A stretch of DNA of 64,000 bases from a virus, in the IMG/VR virus record IMGVR_UViG_3300036766_000548, positions 1 through 64,000 of that record. One strand, 5' to 3'. How positions within the stretch are numbered: the first letter of the stretch is position 1; each line of letters starts with the position of its first letter. The translations under genes and the position numbers were made by a program. Shown here in pieces: positions 29,427 to 38,634 of the stretch. The notes beneath the pieces were generated by a model. That model saw nothing but the letters and a program-made list of their open reading frames with translations, ran no database searches and was not told the DNA's origin.

Positions 29427-29953
29427 CTAAATAAATCTTTATATGTTTTATAAGATGCATTTGTTATTCTTTTAGCAAATTTTCTTGTACTATTTGGAAC
29501 GTTATTAATATATCCACAATTATAATAATACAATGCATGTTTCCAATTGCCAAATCGTTTATGTAAATCCGATAGATAATGTAACGACACTATAGAATTA
29601 TAAATAGGATTATAAATATCAAAAACGGTATTTGTATTCCAATATTTCCATAATAAATAATTGTAGTTTTTGGGTTCGGTATATATCTGGAATAATCCTT
29701 TCGCCTTATACCCATTTACGATTTGGCCATCTTGAAGTTCATCGCAGGATGATTCTTCTATCATCAATTGTGATGTTATTGAAAATGGTATATTATATGC
29801 TTTTCCTATTATCAATATCATATAATATTCTTTTTCCGTCAATGCAAATAATGGCAAAGATAGAATAAACACGATTGTAATTAATATAAAATTACGAATA
29901 GAATCGCTCCTCGTTAAAAATGATTTTTCATTTGGCATTAAGAAGATTTTCAA
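29423..29953 (-). CDS. Lytic transglycosylase (SLT domain) with N-terminal TM/signal
   Basis: EESS, GLFQI, YL..L...FGNW..AL..YN.G. Confidence 0.85.
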   Translation of the reverse strand: MKIFLMPNEKSFLTRSDSIRNFILITIVFILSLPLFALTEKEYYMILIIGKAYNIPFSITSQLMIEESSCDELQDGQIVNGYKAKGLFQIYTEPKNYNYLLWKYWNTNTVFDIYNPIYNSIVSLHYLSDLHKRFGNWKHALYYYNCGYINNVPNSTRKFAKRITNASYKTYKDLFR

Positions 29954-30348
29954 TAATGGATCTCCTCCATATGCAACAATCCATCGTCACCTGAAAAAAA
30001 TATATATTTTATGGAAGCTTCGCGTATCGCCAAATTGCATATATTGCAAGGCCGAGCCATTCTCACAAGTCCAGTTGATGTCATTCTCACAACTATTATA
30101 GATTCTACCTTGCTTCTGTTTTTTACCAGTGATGCGATTTCGGCATGAAGATATTCCCTATTCCTTGTTCCAGCTTTTATTGATAAACGACTTTGCATGG
30201 GATGGGTTTTCTGATAACTATTCTCACCAATTGAAATAATATTGTTATGATGATCGAGCGAAGCGGCTATTACCCAGTATTTTTTACTTGAATCGATAGT
30301 AGGCGAAAGAGTATCAATCAATTTTTGGTAGACTTTTTCTAGCTTCAT
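29950..30348 (-). CDS. Cytidine/dCMP deaminase-family protein
   Basis: HAE and PCNIC zinc motifs. Confidence 0.85.
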   Translation of the reverse strand: MKLEKVYQKLIDTLSPTIDSSKKYWVIAASLDHHNNIISIGENSYQKTHPMQSRLSIKAGTRNREYLHAEIASLVKNRSKVESIIVVRMTSTGLVRMARPCNICNLAIREASIKYIFFSGDDGLLHMEEIHY

Positions 30349-30509
30349 TTTAACACTATGTTACTTTTATCTTCATCTATTTCTATTTCAGCAATACAAT
30401 CACCAGCATAATCTCCTTTCATACAATAAGGATCAATTCCATATTTATTACAATATTCATCCCACAAATATAATTTAACTAAGTCCCTATATTTAACATT
30501 AATTTTCAT
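30345..30509 (-). CDS. Hypothetical protein (54 aa, MKINVKYRD...)
   Basis: Read manually; ATGA overlap with the deaminase gene. Confidence 0.5.
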   Translation of the reverse strand: MKINVKYRDLVKLYLWDEYCNKYGIDPYCMKGDYAGDCIAEIEIDEDKSNIVLK

Positions 30510-30550
30510 TTCAATACATCGCTATTTAGTAGACTTTTTCTAGTTTCATT

Positions 30551-30805
30551 TTATTCTTGAAAATACAGGGGATATTCCCAAAAACCACAATCATCTAATT
30601 TACCATATCCTCTAGTTATAGTTATTGACTCATCTATTCCAGTTGCACATTTATATTTTATTCCAGCAAAATATCTATTTATTGCCGTAGGATGTGATTT
30701 ATGAATATCTATCAATCTTTCCATCTCTTGATTTATGGGCGGATTGACTTCTGGGTGTTCTCTACCAAATTGCTTTAATTGTTCTTGGAATAAGCTCATT
30801 TTCAT
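30551..30805 (-). CDS. Hypothetical protein
   Basis: AGGAGG RBS. Confidence 0.6.
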   Translation of the reverse strand: MKMSLFQEQLKQFGREHPEVNPPINQEMERLIDIHKSHPTAINRYFAGIKYKCATGIDESITITRGYGKLDDCGFWEYPLYFQE

Positions 30806-30999
30806 TCCTCCTTAATATCGATGTAGTCCCGATATTGAATTATCCTCAGTGAAAATGCCTTTAACCTAATCCACGGCATTAGGTACTTTTCCACATCCGC
30901 GCATAATTGCAAGGCATACAGTTGTACTTCTGTCGCCTCGCAGTTTTTGCTTCGCTCATTGTGGCAGGCTTGGCGAAGCTTGGAAATTAGGTTAGTCAT
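30802..30999 (-). CDS. Hypothetical protein (true start probably MTNLISK at 30999)
   Basis: 3' part of track ORF 30802..31215; coupled to stop of 31001..31144. Confidence 0.5.
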   Translation of the reverse strand: MTNLISKLRQACHNERSKNCEATEVQLYALQLCADVEKYLMPWIRLKAFSLRIIQYRDYIDIKEE

Positions 31000-31000
31000 A

Positions 31001-31144
31001 TTATCTAAATACCTTGGCCCAAGCCTCGGCGGCTTTCGTATATTCTTCATCAGAACAATTCTGTACTTTTTGGCCGCTCTGGAATTTCTTAAGCTTGCCT
31101 GATTTGGTTTGATAATAATTCCAACCATTCCAACTAAACTGCAT
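31001..31144 (-). CDS. Hypothetical protein (47 aa, MQFSWNGWNYY...)
   Basis: AGGAGG RBS within the repeated promoter module at 31151-31185. Confidence 0.6.
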   Translation of the reverse strand: MQFSWNGWNYYQTKSGKLKKFQSGQKVQNCSDEEYTKAAEAWAKVFR

Positions 31145-31150
31145 ATCTTC

Positions 31151-31185
31151 CTCCTATCAATCAACCTTAATAATATTATATCATA
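31151..31185 (-). promoter_or_regulatory. Repeated promoter+RBS module type 1 (also 61021-61055)
   Basis: 35 nt with 1 mismatch; TGaTATAAT...AGGAG. Confidence 0.75.
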
Positions 31186-31222
31186 TATTCGTTTGATTGA
31201 AACATTTATTTTCATTTTATTT

Positions 31223-31402
31223 TCAGTAATTTACCATATAAAGATACTGGGCAGCTATCAATGCCGCTTCAGGATGTTTTACTATATAGGCTTTCCTAGC
31301 TTTCTGAGCAGTTTCGGCTTTGATAGTCTCATGCGCCCAGTCCTTATACATTGCATAATCGCTAGGCTTCTTGTCACACTGAAATACATCATAAGCTTTC
31401 AT
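31223..31402 (-). CDS. Hypothetical protein (59 aa), probably leaderless
   Basis: ATG 6 nt after TATAAT, no RBS; read manually. Confidence 0.5.
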   Translation of the reverse strand: MKAYDVFQCDKKPSDYAMYKDWAHETIKAETAQKARKAYIVKHPEAALIAAQYLYMVNY

Positions 31403-31577
31403 ACTTATATTATATATTATTTTGAAAAGTAAAACATAGAATAAAATATTTTATAGATGATTTTTCATATATTTATATTATAAATCTTAATATTCTACTT
31501 ATTAAATGTTAAGTATTTTCAATCGTTCCCGGCCCTATACTACTTTATACTGTTTCCTATGCAAAATCGATCCTAGG

Positions 31578-31967
31578 CTATTCTGCATTTAACATAGCGA
31601 TCTTTTTAGCATATTTCCTAATCAGCTTTTCATACTTTGCCCTGTCGTATTCACAAGGTATTAGAGAATCCATATATAGCTTTTCCATGAATGCCTTTGA
31701 ATGATTGTTATACATCCATCTGGCGTAATCAGGCGCTCGGCCATGATGGTGCTTGTAGTGGATTGAGCGGTTCATGGCATTGGCATTCCGCTCGTCAAAT
31801 CTAAGGTTCGGGCTTTGCATATAATCATAATAATGTGAGCAATGCAGATGATCCTTCAAGCCGGATAAAATGCATTGCCCATCGCGGAGGCGGATATAAT
31901 TGTTAAATAATTTGTCTAACTTGTTCCGTAATGATTTTAATGATGGGGGCTTTTTAATCTTCTTCAA
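31578..31967 (-). CDS. NinG/Rap-like recombination endonuclease
   Basis: LDKLFNNYIRLRD..C, LHCSH, LRFDERNA. Confidence 0.8.
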   Translation of the reverse strand: MKKIKKPPSLKSLRNKLDKLFNNYIRLRDGQCILSGLKDHLHCSHYYDYMQSPNLRFDERNANAMNRSIHYKHHHGRAPDYARWMYNNHSKAFMEKLYMDSLIPCEYDRAKYEKLIRKYAKKIAMLNAE

Positions 31968-32116
31968 ATTTATAACTTTCTCTTTGTTCAGAATGAATCT
32001 TTAATAAATTATCCAATCTGTTGTTTTCATTTCCTCGATCCGATAATTCTTTATATTGTTTCCAAAGTAAGGCATATCTACCCGTCCAATAATAAACTTG
32101 ATTTTCTAATATTTCT

Positions 32117-32350
32117 TTATCGCTTTTCATTTTCTATCTCCTTGAAATATTCCTTGTTGATACTTTCAAATCCCAACAATATGAAATACTTGAATGCGTC
32201 AAAATTGATAGCATCTATGTTCATCACCATTTCGCTAATGGCATTCATCTTGCCGACTTTCAATGACAACCTATTCCACTGTACCCATACTTCATATAAT
32301 TGTTTCTTGTCTATGCCGAATTGATTAAGGTCAGATAGTTTATTTTTCAT
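32117..32350 (-). CDS. Hypothetical protein
   Basis: ORF on the coding strand of this arm. Confidence 0.5.
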   Translation of the reverse strand: MKNKLSDLNQFGIDKKQLYEVWVQWNRLSLKVGKMNAISEMVMNIDAINFDAFKYFILLGFESINKEYFKEIENEKR

Positions 32351-32494
32351 AAATCTTCCCTAATTGTACAAAATATAGTCATCATCCCAAATAATAATGC
32401 CATGCCTAAGAATAAATCGAAATGAGGTTGATTATTAAATATTAAAATCATAGAGGCAATTATAAACAATACAGTTATTATTAAACAGAATATT

Positions 32495-33586
32495 TTACCC
32501 ATCAGAATATTTTGGTTTGCGATTTAATTTGACGCTTTCTTCCAACGCTTCCCATTTATCCCTAACTTTTTTTCTCAATTCCTTTTGCAGATTATTTTTC
32601 TCTATATAATCAATCAATTCTTTCCTGTTCATAGATACTTCATTCCATTCACCACGAGGATTCTTCACCAATTGTCCCTTTGGTGTCAGGAAGTCATATA
32701 AATAATCAATTCCTGTTGTAATATCATCTAGGCCATATTCAAAAAATAATTTTAAATAACATTCCCGATATGGGCGCGGTGTTTTGCTTTTTGTGTTTTT
32801 CGCTTTTACTGTAATACCAATTGGAATGCCCTTGGCTAAAATCTTATTGACGTTTGCAAGCCATAGGACAGTATGGCAATAAAAATCCAGTGCCTTTCCA
32901 CCCGCCCTAGAATATTTCTCAAATGAGAATGGATCTAAATTAGTTCTAACTTGAGAAACAATAACTAGCATTCCATTTTTCTTTTCAATCAAATCAGCAA
33001 GGCCAGGGAAAAATGTCTGCGATAGATACTTGGCTTTTCCCATGCGATATGATCCGGCTAGCTTCTCTTCCTTTTCATTGTTGTTTTCTTTCCGCTTTTT
33101 GAATGAATTGAATTGCTCATCGGATAATTTTTTCCCTTCCTTGGAATCAAGCCCATCTAGCGAATCGATTATATAAATGCCAAATTCATCATCAGATAGT
33201 TTCTCGAAAAAATTACGGATATTGCAATATGCCTCTTCTACCGTAGGAGACTTGATACGCTTCTTTTCATCAAGGGGCATGATGGGGAAGCCATATAGCT
33301 TTTTAGTATTATGAGAAAATCCTGATTCGCAATCATCATAAACCCATTTCAGTTTATCACCAAATTTATAATGAGAAGCTGCCACGATTTCACAAGTCAA
33401 GAATGTCTTGCCGCTGGACTTATCGCCTACAATATTTATAATTTTTCCTACAGGATATCCTGGTCCTTCGCCACCACCTACAAGCACATCTAATAATTCA
33501 GAACCGGTTAAATATCTATTTGTGGGAATACGCTTAGGCTTTTTGTCTAATATGGTTTTTTCTATCTTGGACGTTTCTTCACTCAT
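32495..33586 (-). CDS. RecA/UvsX-like recombinase
   Basis: TGSELLD...GG, GDKSSGKT, IIDSLD, SQVR, GGKALDFY. Confidence 0.9.
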   Translation of the reverse strand: MSEETSKIEKTILDKKPKRIPTNRYLTGSELLDVLVGGGEGPGYPVGKIINIVGDKSSGKTFLTCEIVAASHYKFGDKLKWVYDDCESGFSHNTKKLYGFPIMPLDEKKRIKSPTVEEAYCNIRNFFEKLSDDEFGIYIIDSLDGLDSKEGKKLSDEQFNSFKKRKENNNEKEEKLAGSYRMGKAKYLSQTFFPGLADLIEKKNGMLVIVSQVRTNLDPFSFEKYSRAGGKALDFYCHTVLWLANVNKILAKGIPIGITVKAKNTKSKTPRPYRECYLKLFFEYGLDDITTGIDYLYDFLTPKGQLVKNPRGEWNEVSMNRKELIDYIEKNNLQKELRKKVRDKWEALEESVKLNRKPKYSDG

Positions 33587-33735
33587 TGATTACTCATTTT
33601 TTCTAAATCTGTTAATCGCTTTTCAATTTTTATCAACTTTCTGCCCTCAATAGTATTTTGGATAATTCCTCCAATTAAAGAAATAATTATAGCTATATTT
33701 ACCCATAAATACATATTATTTTCTCCTTAAAATAA

Positions 33736-33794
33736 AGTCCTGAATGTTTTTATATGGTAATTGATTTACACTTTTTGAAATAACATTCAGGACT
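33736..33794. terminator. Inverted repeat (AGTCCTGAATGTT...AACATTCAGGACT), likely terminator after SSB
   Basis: 13-bp perfect stem; T-rich tail on - strand. Confidence 0.55.
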
Positions 33795-33801
33795 ATTATA
33801 T

Positions 33802-34971
33802 CTACTTCTTGGCTTTGAGCTTTTTCTGTTCTTTCGCGCAATCTGCCCAGATATCGCAGTCCGAGCAATCATCAGGAAACTTATCGCAATCCTTGCCGAA
33901 TACATGCTTCGATGGGCACTTGAAAACAGTAACCGGCTTGCCTACAGTAGTTTTTTTAGCTACTTGTTTTGCCTTAGCTTTCGGTGCAGGTTCGTCGTCC
34001 TCCTCATCTTCATCAGATTCCTCTTCTTCATCCTCATCTGATTCGTCGGTATCTTCCTCGTCGTCCGAATCGTCGTCCTCATCTTCCTCGTCGTCTTCAA
34101 TTACTGGCTTTTTTGTTTTCCCCTTGGTCTTTGGCTTCTCATCTTCATCATCGGAATCGGTATCTTCATCCTCGCTAGTATCACTAGATTCATCATCGTC
34201 TAAATCACCATAAAATAATTGCTCAATCTCTTCCTTAGCTTTGATTACCATAAATGAATCAAGCGATAATGCGTTAGGTTCTAGCTTCTTTAACAGCTTG
34301 ATTTCCTTGGCATCGCGCTCTTCAAAATTAAACTTCTTAAACTCGGGATACGGATAGCCCTTGCCTTCGTCATTGGTAAATGAAGCCTTTACGATCCTAA
34401 ATGTAAACGAATGTCCATCATCGATGTCTACATAATCGCAAATATCACCCGTTTCCTTATTGCCACTTGCTCCAGCCTCTTCACGAAGCTCCTCATGGAA
34501 ATTAGTATATGAAGCACGTAGTATCTGTATACCTTCATCTGGATTATCCATATCGACTACATTATAAATAGCATAATGCTTAGGGGCTAGAGCACCGCCT
34601 TCCTTTTTCATTCCCTTATTATAAAACTCCGCGCGTTTAGCACAAATAGGACAAGCGTCCATTCTATTATATGTTTTGTTAGGGCAAATGACATCAGCCT
34701 TAGTTGGGCCAACAAATTGATGGACAAAAACATCTAACATAAAATCAGAATCACCAATCTTCCTTTGCTTGGCTTTTACCTCGGGGTGATTTTTGGTAGC
34801 CATATTATACGGAATAATGTTTAGATGCTGGGTAGTCCCATACTGCTTTTCATCAAAAAACTTAGTATCTTTCGGCCAATTAAAAGCCTGTTCTCCGCGT
34901 CCATTCTTCGCCTTGTCCTTGTTCTCATAATCCTGCTTCATTCTTTCTTTTAGCGACTTCTTGTTAATCAC
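33802..34971 (-). CDS. Single-stranded DNA-binding protein (gp32-like) with acidic tract and Cys-rich C-terminus
   Basis: H...CP...CPIC zinc motif; long D/E tract; lies between RecA and UvsY-like genes. Confidence 0.7.
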   Translation of the reverse strand: MINKKSLKERMKQDYENKDKAKNGRGEQAFNWPKDTKFFDEKQYGTTQHLNIIPYNMATKNHPEVKAKQRKIGDSDFMLDVFVHQFVGPTKADVICPNKTYNRMDACPICAKRAEFYNKGMKKEGGALAPKHYAIYNVVDMDNPDEGIQILRASYTNFHEELREEAGASGNKETGDICDYVDIDDGHSFTFRIVKASFTNDEGKGYPYPEFKKFNFEERDAKEIKLLKKLEPNALSLDSFMVIKAKEEIEQLFYGDLDDDESSDTSEDEDTDSDDEDEKPKTKGKTKKPVIEDDEEDEDDDSDDEEDTDESDEDEEEESDEDEEDDEPAPKAKAKQVAKKTTVGKPVTVFKCPSKHVFGKDCDKFPDDCSDCDIWADCAKEQKKLKAKK

Positions 34972-34975
34972 TGAT

Positions 34976-35155
34976 TTACCCCTTTTCTGCTATTTGATGT
35001 TTTCTATATTTTACTGTAGCTAAATCCAATGCCTTCAATACATCATCGGGTTTTTGTCCATCGGCTACGGTAGCGACAAAATTGATATCCTCCGTTTCGT
35101 AGTTGCCAAGATTGAATTTACGAGTGAATGAAACTTGTGTGATTTTAATATCCAT
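34976..35155 (-). CDS. Hypothetical protein (59 aa, RKFNLGNYE motif)
   Basis: GGAG RBS; read manually. Confidence 0.6.
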   Translation of the reverse strand: MDIKITQVSFTRKFNLGNYETEDINFVATVADGQKPDDVLKALDLATVKYRKHQIAEKG

Positions 35156-35200
35156 TGTTTTGTCTCCATATCTAACTTTATTTGATACCTTTCCGATAAA

Positions 35201-35242
35201 TTATCCAGATCCTTTTTCTCTACCAGAACCTTGACCGCCCAT
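35201..35242 (-). pseudogene. MGGQGSGREKGSG* stub of the MGGPGSGR family
   Basis: ATG 1 nt after the UvsY-like stop; 13 codons. Confidence 0.55.
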
Positions 35243-35243
35243 A

Positions 35244-35705
35244 TTACTTCTTATTCAGCTTGCTTCTAATTTCCCTATCCACCGTTTTATTTGCATCCTT
35301 CTTATTCATATCAGGCGAAGCATAAAACCCGCCAATCAATAGTTCCTTTTCGCATTTCAACATATCGCGCCTATGTTCCATCGCGGTTACGGCGGCTATC
35401 AAAGTATTTACTTCATGCTGATTATCCCTGATGCTTGCCTTGGCCGCTAGATACTCCTCATCCCCTTCTAGTTGCGCCTTGACCCCTGCCTCTGTCTGCT
35501 TGCCCCATGCCTCATTCCAATTTTGCCTAATAAACATTTCCCGTTGCGCCGATACAAGTTTATAAGCATCCTCGCTATCGCCTAAATTATTCTTGGCCTT
35601 GGCAAGTTTATCTGCCCAATAAAAATAGATAGATGCGTGTTGCTCGCATTCGGAATCAAGCTTGTACTTATTGAACTTTACATCAGATTCAAAATCTCTA
35701 GTCAT
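35244..35705 (-). CDS. UvsY-like recombination mediator
   Basis: Helical; LDSEC..HA..Y..WA, QTEAGVKA, AMEHRRDML; next to SSB/RecA. Confidence 0.6.
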   Translation of the reverse strand: MTRDFESDVKFNKYKLDSECEQHASIYFYWADKLAKAKNNLGDSEDAYKLVSAQREMFIRQNWNEAWGKQTEAGVKAQLEGDEEYLAAKASIRDNQHEVNTLIAAVTAMEHRRDMLKCEKELLIGGFYASPDMNKKDANKTVDREIRSKLNKK

Positions 35706-36091
35706 TTATTCTCCTTTTTCCCTATTGTCTTAATATCATATTCAACCCAAAACGTATTTTCTTTTATCTCATTAAGTGCATTTATAATTATTTCAAGAAT
35801 AGATTTTACATTATAATTGTCAAAATCAATCCCAAAATAATTAACTTTTTCTTCTTTTGTAATAGGATTAATAAAAACGATCTTACAATAATGAGAATAG
35901 TTTTTACTAATATTCGGATTTTCATCTTCTGTTCTTAAAAAATTAAAATCTTTAATTAACCAACTTCCATTGTCCTGTCTAGTTTTCCCTTCTACTATAG
36001 AATCATTTTCTCTAAGCGCCGTAAACGAACTAATATCTTTTCCCATTGTTTTCTCCTTATAAAAAGTGATATTTTTACATGGTTTGTTCAA
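35702..36091 (-). CDS. Hypothetical protein (likely start MGKD)
   Basis: AAGGAG before internal ATG. Confidence 0.5.
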   Translation of the reverse strand: MNKPCKNITFYKEKTMGKDISSFTALRENDSIVEGKTRQDNGSWLIKDFNFLRTEDENPNISKNYSHYCKIVFINPITKEEKVNYFGIDFDNYNVKSILEIIINALNEIKENTFWVEYDIKTIGKKENK

Positions 36092-36472
36092 TTACTCGTC
36101 GTCGTCTTCCTCTTCTTCACCTGAATCATCATCGGCATCAGATTCCTCGACAGGCTCATCCTCTTCATCATCTTCCTCGACAGGAGGCTTGGCCTTTGCC
36201 TTGGGCTTCGGGGCAGGCTTCTTGTCCGCCTTTTCGACCTTGGGCTTGGCCACGGGCTCATCGACACCGAGCTTGTCAAGATTGACCTTGGAAGCCTTCG
36301 TGGTGAGCTTGGCAAGAAGCGCAAGATATGCCTTGACTACCTTGGCAACTCCCTTGGCATCAAGATCAAGGCCACCGCGCCCACGCTTGCGCTCGAAACC
36401 GGAAGCATCCACCGCCTGCTTTACAAGCCCTTCATCCAGTCCAGCCTCTACAAGATCACGTACACTAGCCAT
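36092..36472 (-). CDS. GC-rich small protein with K/A/P linker and acidic tail
   Basis: AAGGAG RBS; codon usage much GC-richer than neighbours. Confidence 0.7.
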   Translation of the reverse strand: MASVRDLVEAGLDEGLVKQAVDASGFERKRGRGGLDLDAKGVAKVVKAYLALLAKLTTKASKVNLDKLGVDEPVAKPKVEKADKKPAPKPKAKAKPPVEEDDEEDEPVEESDADDDSGEEEEDDDE

Positions 36473-36519
36473 TAGAATCTCCTTGAAAATATATATCTAT
36501 CCCATACGGGAAAGATTAT

Positions 36520-36657
36520 CTAAATTAGATACATCTTAATGTAAAAATCGCAGCCATCAAGCGACCCATTATAATCAATTATTTTGTTGTTGTTACGATC
36601 AAAATGATAAACACTGAATAGATCGAGATTCGATTCTATCCCATAAACAATGTTCAT
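36520..36657 (-). CDS. Hypothetical protein (45 aa)
   Basis: Begins inside repeated promoter/RBS module type 2. Confidence 0.55.
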   Translation of the reverse strand: MNIVYGIESNLDLFSVYHFDRNNNKIIDYNGSLDGCDFYIKMYLI

Positions 36658-36680
36658 TTTATCCTCCTATCTATATTATA
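36653..36680 (-). promoter_or_regulatory. Repeated promoter+RBS+start module type 2 (also 50601-50628)
   Basis: TATAATATAGATAGGAGGATAAAATGAA, 28/28 identical. Confidence 0.8.
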
Positions 36681-36688
36681 CAGTATCT

Positions 36689-37624
36689 CTATAAAATAGT
36701 TGAAATAGATGCTAAAATAATTCCATTTTTCCCGACGTTGTAAGTTGGCTCTGAAAATGCTTCCATCGCTGATATAGCGCGTTTATTCATAGAACCGTTT
36801 AACAGTACCGCCGACATATACCCTAGAATGATATACCTTACCGTTTCGGGCTCATCCAATTTATTGTTTTCTTTTAGCTTCTTTAATATCTTGGCAATAT
36901 CCTTCCATTGATTCTTTTCATTTAATAATGCCCTAGCCAATTCTATGATTTCAGGGTCTTCATCGTTGGTAGTATTAGATGATAAATATTCCAATTGCTC
37001 TTTTTCTGTTTCAAGTCCGATTACACTTTGCAGAATAACCAATGATTTGCGTGGTGAACCTTCGGCCTTTTCCGCGATGCTTTCTATGACTTCATTCGAT
37101 AGTTTTATTTTTTCCAGTTTCAACACTCTGTTTATTACTTCTGATAATTCCTCGATACACAGTGCTTTAAATTTTATTTCAGTACAACGATTACGAATAG
37201 TAGTTATTATTTTTGAAGGTTCGGTGGTGCAAATGAAGAAATAAACAAATTCTGGCGGCTCTTCAAGTGCCTTCAAAATAGCATTCATAAAGTTATTATT
37301 TAGTTTATGGGCTTCGTCCAGAATAAAAATAGTTACATTCCCATCGGAAGGACTATAGCGCATTTGCTGAATAATTTCCCTAGCAGTATCGATACCGCGA
37401 TCAGATGATGAATTGATTTCATTTATGCAAATATCGCTAGCGCCTAAAATGTTCTTTGCCATGATGCGTGCAACTGTCGTCTTTCCACAACCAGATGGGC
37501 CTGATAGCATATAGGCATGGGAATGGTTCTTTTTGGTTATTGCTTTTTGCAATGATGCTATGGCAGATTCATTACCGACCATTTCATCGAAGGTAGTTGG
37601 CCTATATTTGCAATATAATGTCAT
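36689..37624 (-). CDS. dnaX: DNA polymerase III gamma/tau-like clamp loader subunit
   Basis: KYRP.TF.EMVG, GPSGCGKTT, ILDEAH, LKALEEPP, TI.NRC, GSPR. Confidence 0.9.
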   Translation of the reverse strand: MTLYCKYRPTTFDEMVGNESAIASLQKAITKKNHSHAYMLSGPSGCGKTTVARIMAKNILGASDICINEINSSSDRGIDTAREIIQQMRYSPSDGNVTIFILDEAHKLNNNFMNAILKALEEPPEFVYFFICTTEPSKIITTIRNRCTEIKFKALCIEELSEVINRVLKLEKIKLSNEVIESIAEKAEGSPRKSLVILQSVIGLETEKEQLEYLSSNTTNDEDPEIIELARALLNEKNQWKDIAKILKKLKENNKLDEPETVRYIILGYMSAVLLNGSMNKRAISAMEAFSEPTYNVGKNGIILASISTIL

Positions 37625-38106
37625 ATCTTATTTGCCTTTCTATCTGCCCACCATTTTGTTATTCTTATACTTTGTTCTTTCTTTTGTTGCTCAGTCATTG
37701 TTTTCCCTAAGTGTTTTTGTCTGTTCATTTCATTTGATTCTTTAGAGTGGTGTTTCCCATAGAAGGGGTGATTTTCCCCAGAAAAATCTGCATGGTTTTC
37801 GCTTAAGTGTTTTTTATGTATCTCTGATTGTGGCCTACCCTTTTTAACTTTACTTAATTTTATTTTTGTTTCTTCGGATAATGGTCTATCAATATTGTGT
37901 AATGAAAAATGATCGCCTTTAGTCATTTTCTGTAAATTATTAATATCATTATTTTTATGATTGCCGTCTTTATGATGAATTACATATCCTTTTTCTGGCA
38001 TTAAATTATCTGGATTATATTCATTCCATATTTTATGGACTTTTCTTGCGTCATTCATTCCATGTTTCATCGGTATTGTATTAATCATTCTATTTTCTCC
38101 TTTCAA
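37621..38106 (-). CDS. HNH homing endonuclease with NUMOD3 repeats
   Basis: VIHHKDGNHKNN.INNL; SEETK.K.S; NHPFYGKHHS. Confidence 0.85.
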   Translation of the reverse strand: MKGENRMINTIPMKHGMNDARKVHKIWNEYNPDNLMPEKGYVIHHKDGNHKNNDINNLQKMTKGDHFSLHNIDRPLSEETKIKLSKVKKGRPQSEIHKKHLSENHADFSGENHPFYGKHHSKESNEMNRQKHLGKTMTEQQKKEQSIRITKWWADRKANKI

Positions 38107-38121
38107 ATATATTATATACTC

Positions 38122-38418
38122 TTATTTGTCTTTTTTAGTACATATTTCCAATAATTTATTTTCGATCTTTTCCAGCTTATTTTGCTTGGCAGTATCTATT
38201 ATCTTATTACTATATATAATTTTTAATATATCAATGGCAATCTCCACGTCGGCCATTTCCTTTTGTATCTCAATTTCCGAATTACCCTTGGTTAAATGTT
38301 GCAAAATGGATGATGACAGCTCAGAGCATTCCTCGGCCAATTTCAATAAACACCATTCTTTGCCACGTACCTTCGCGCATCGCCTGATAATATTGTTTAT
38401 TTGATCTTTTGTATACAT
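38122..38418 (-). CDS. MazG-like nucleotide pyrophosphohydrolase
   Basis: EECSEL ... EMADV. Confidence 0.75.
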   Translation of the reverse strand: MYTKDQINNIIRRCAKVRGKEWCLLKLAEECSELSSSILQHLTKGNSEIEIQKEMADVEIAIDILKIIYSNKIIDTAKQNKLEKIENKLLEICTKKDK

Positions 38419-38634
38419 TTATTTAGATTCTTTTAATATCAATATTTTTTGTCCATAATATTTCTTATTTTCTATTACAACTTCTATATAATGAGTGGCA
38501 ATAGCAATATCTGAATTAAAAGCAATAATATCATTATTAGAAGTTAAGACTTGAACTGGCCAAGGATTCTGTTCCTCTTTAATTATTTTCAATATTTTAT
38601 CATCATATAATTCCATTTTAATATCCTCCTTCAA
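38419..38634 (-). CDS. Hypothetical protein
   Basis: ORF in operon. Confidence 0.45.
   Translation of the reverse strand: MKEDIKMELYDDKILKIIKEEQNPWPVQVLTSNNDIIAFNSDIAIATHYIEVVIENKKYYGQKILILKESK

Noticed and set aside
30802-31215. Track ORF of 137 aa as a single gene
   Set aside because: It runs through a promoter/RBS module. Two genes (31001..31144 and 30802..30999) explain the region better.
33809-36539. Poly-Ser and His/Pro-rich + strand ORFs (33809, 33984, 36066, 36079) and 36088..36324 (-)
   Set aside because: Antisense or frame shadows of D/E-rich tracts in real - strand genes.
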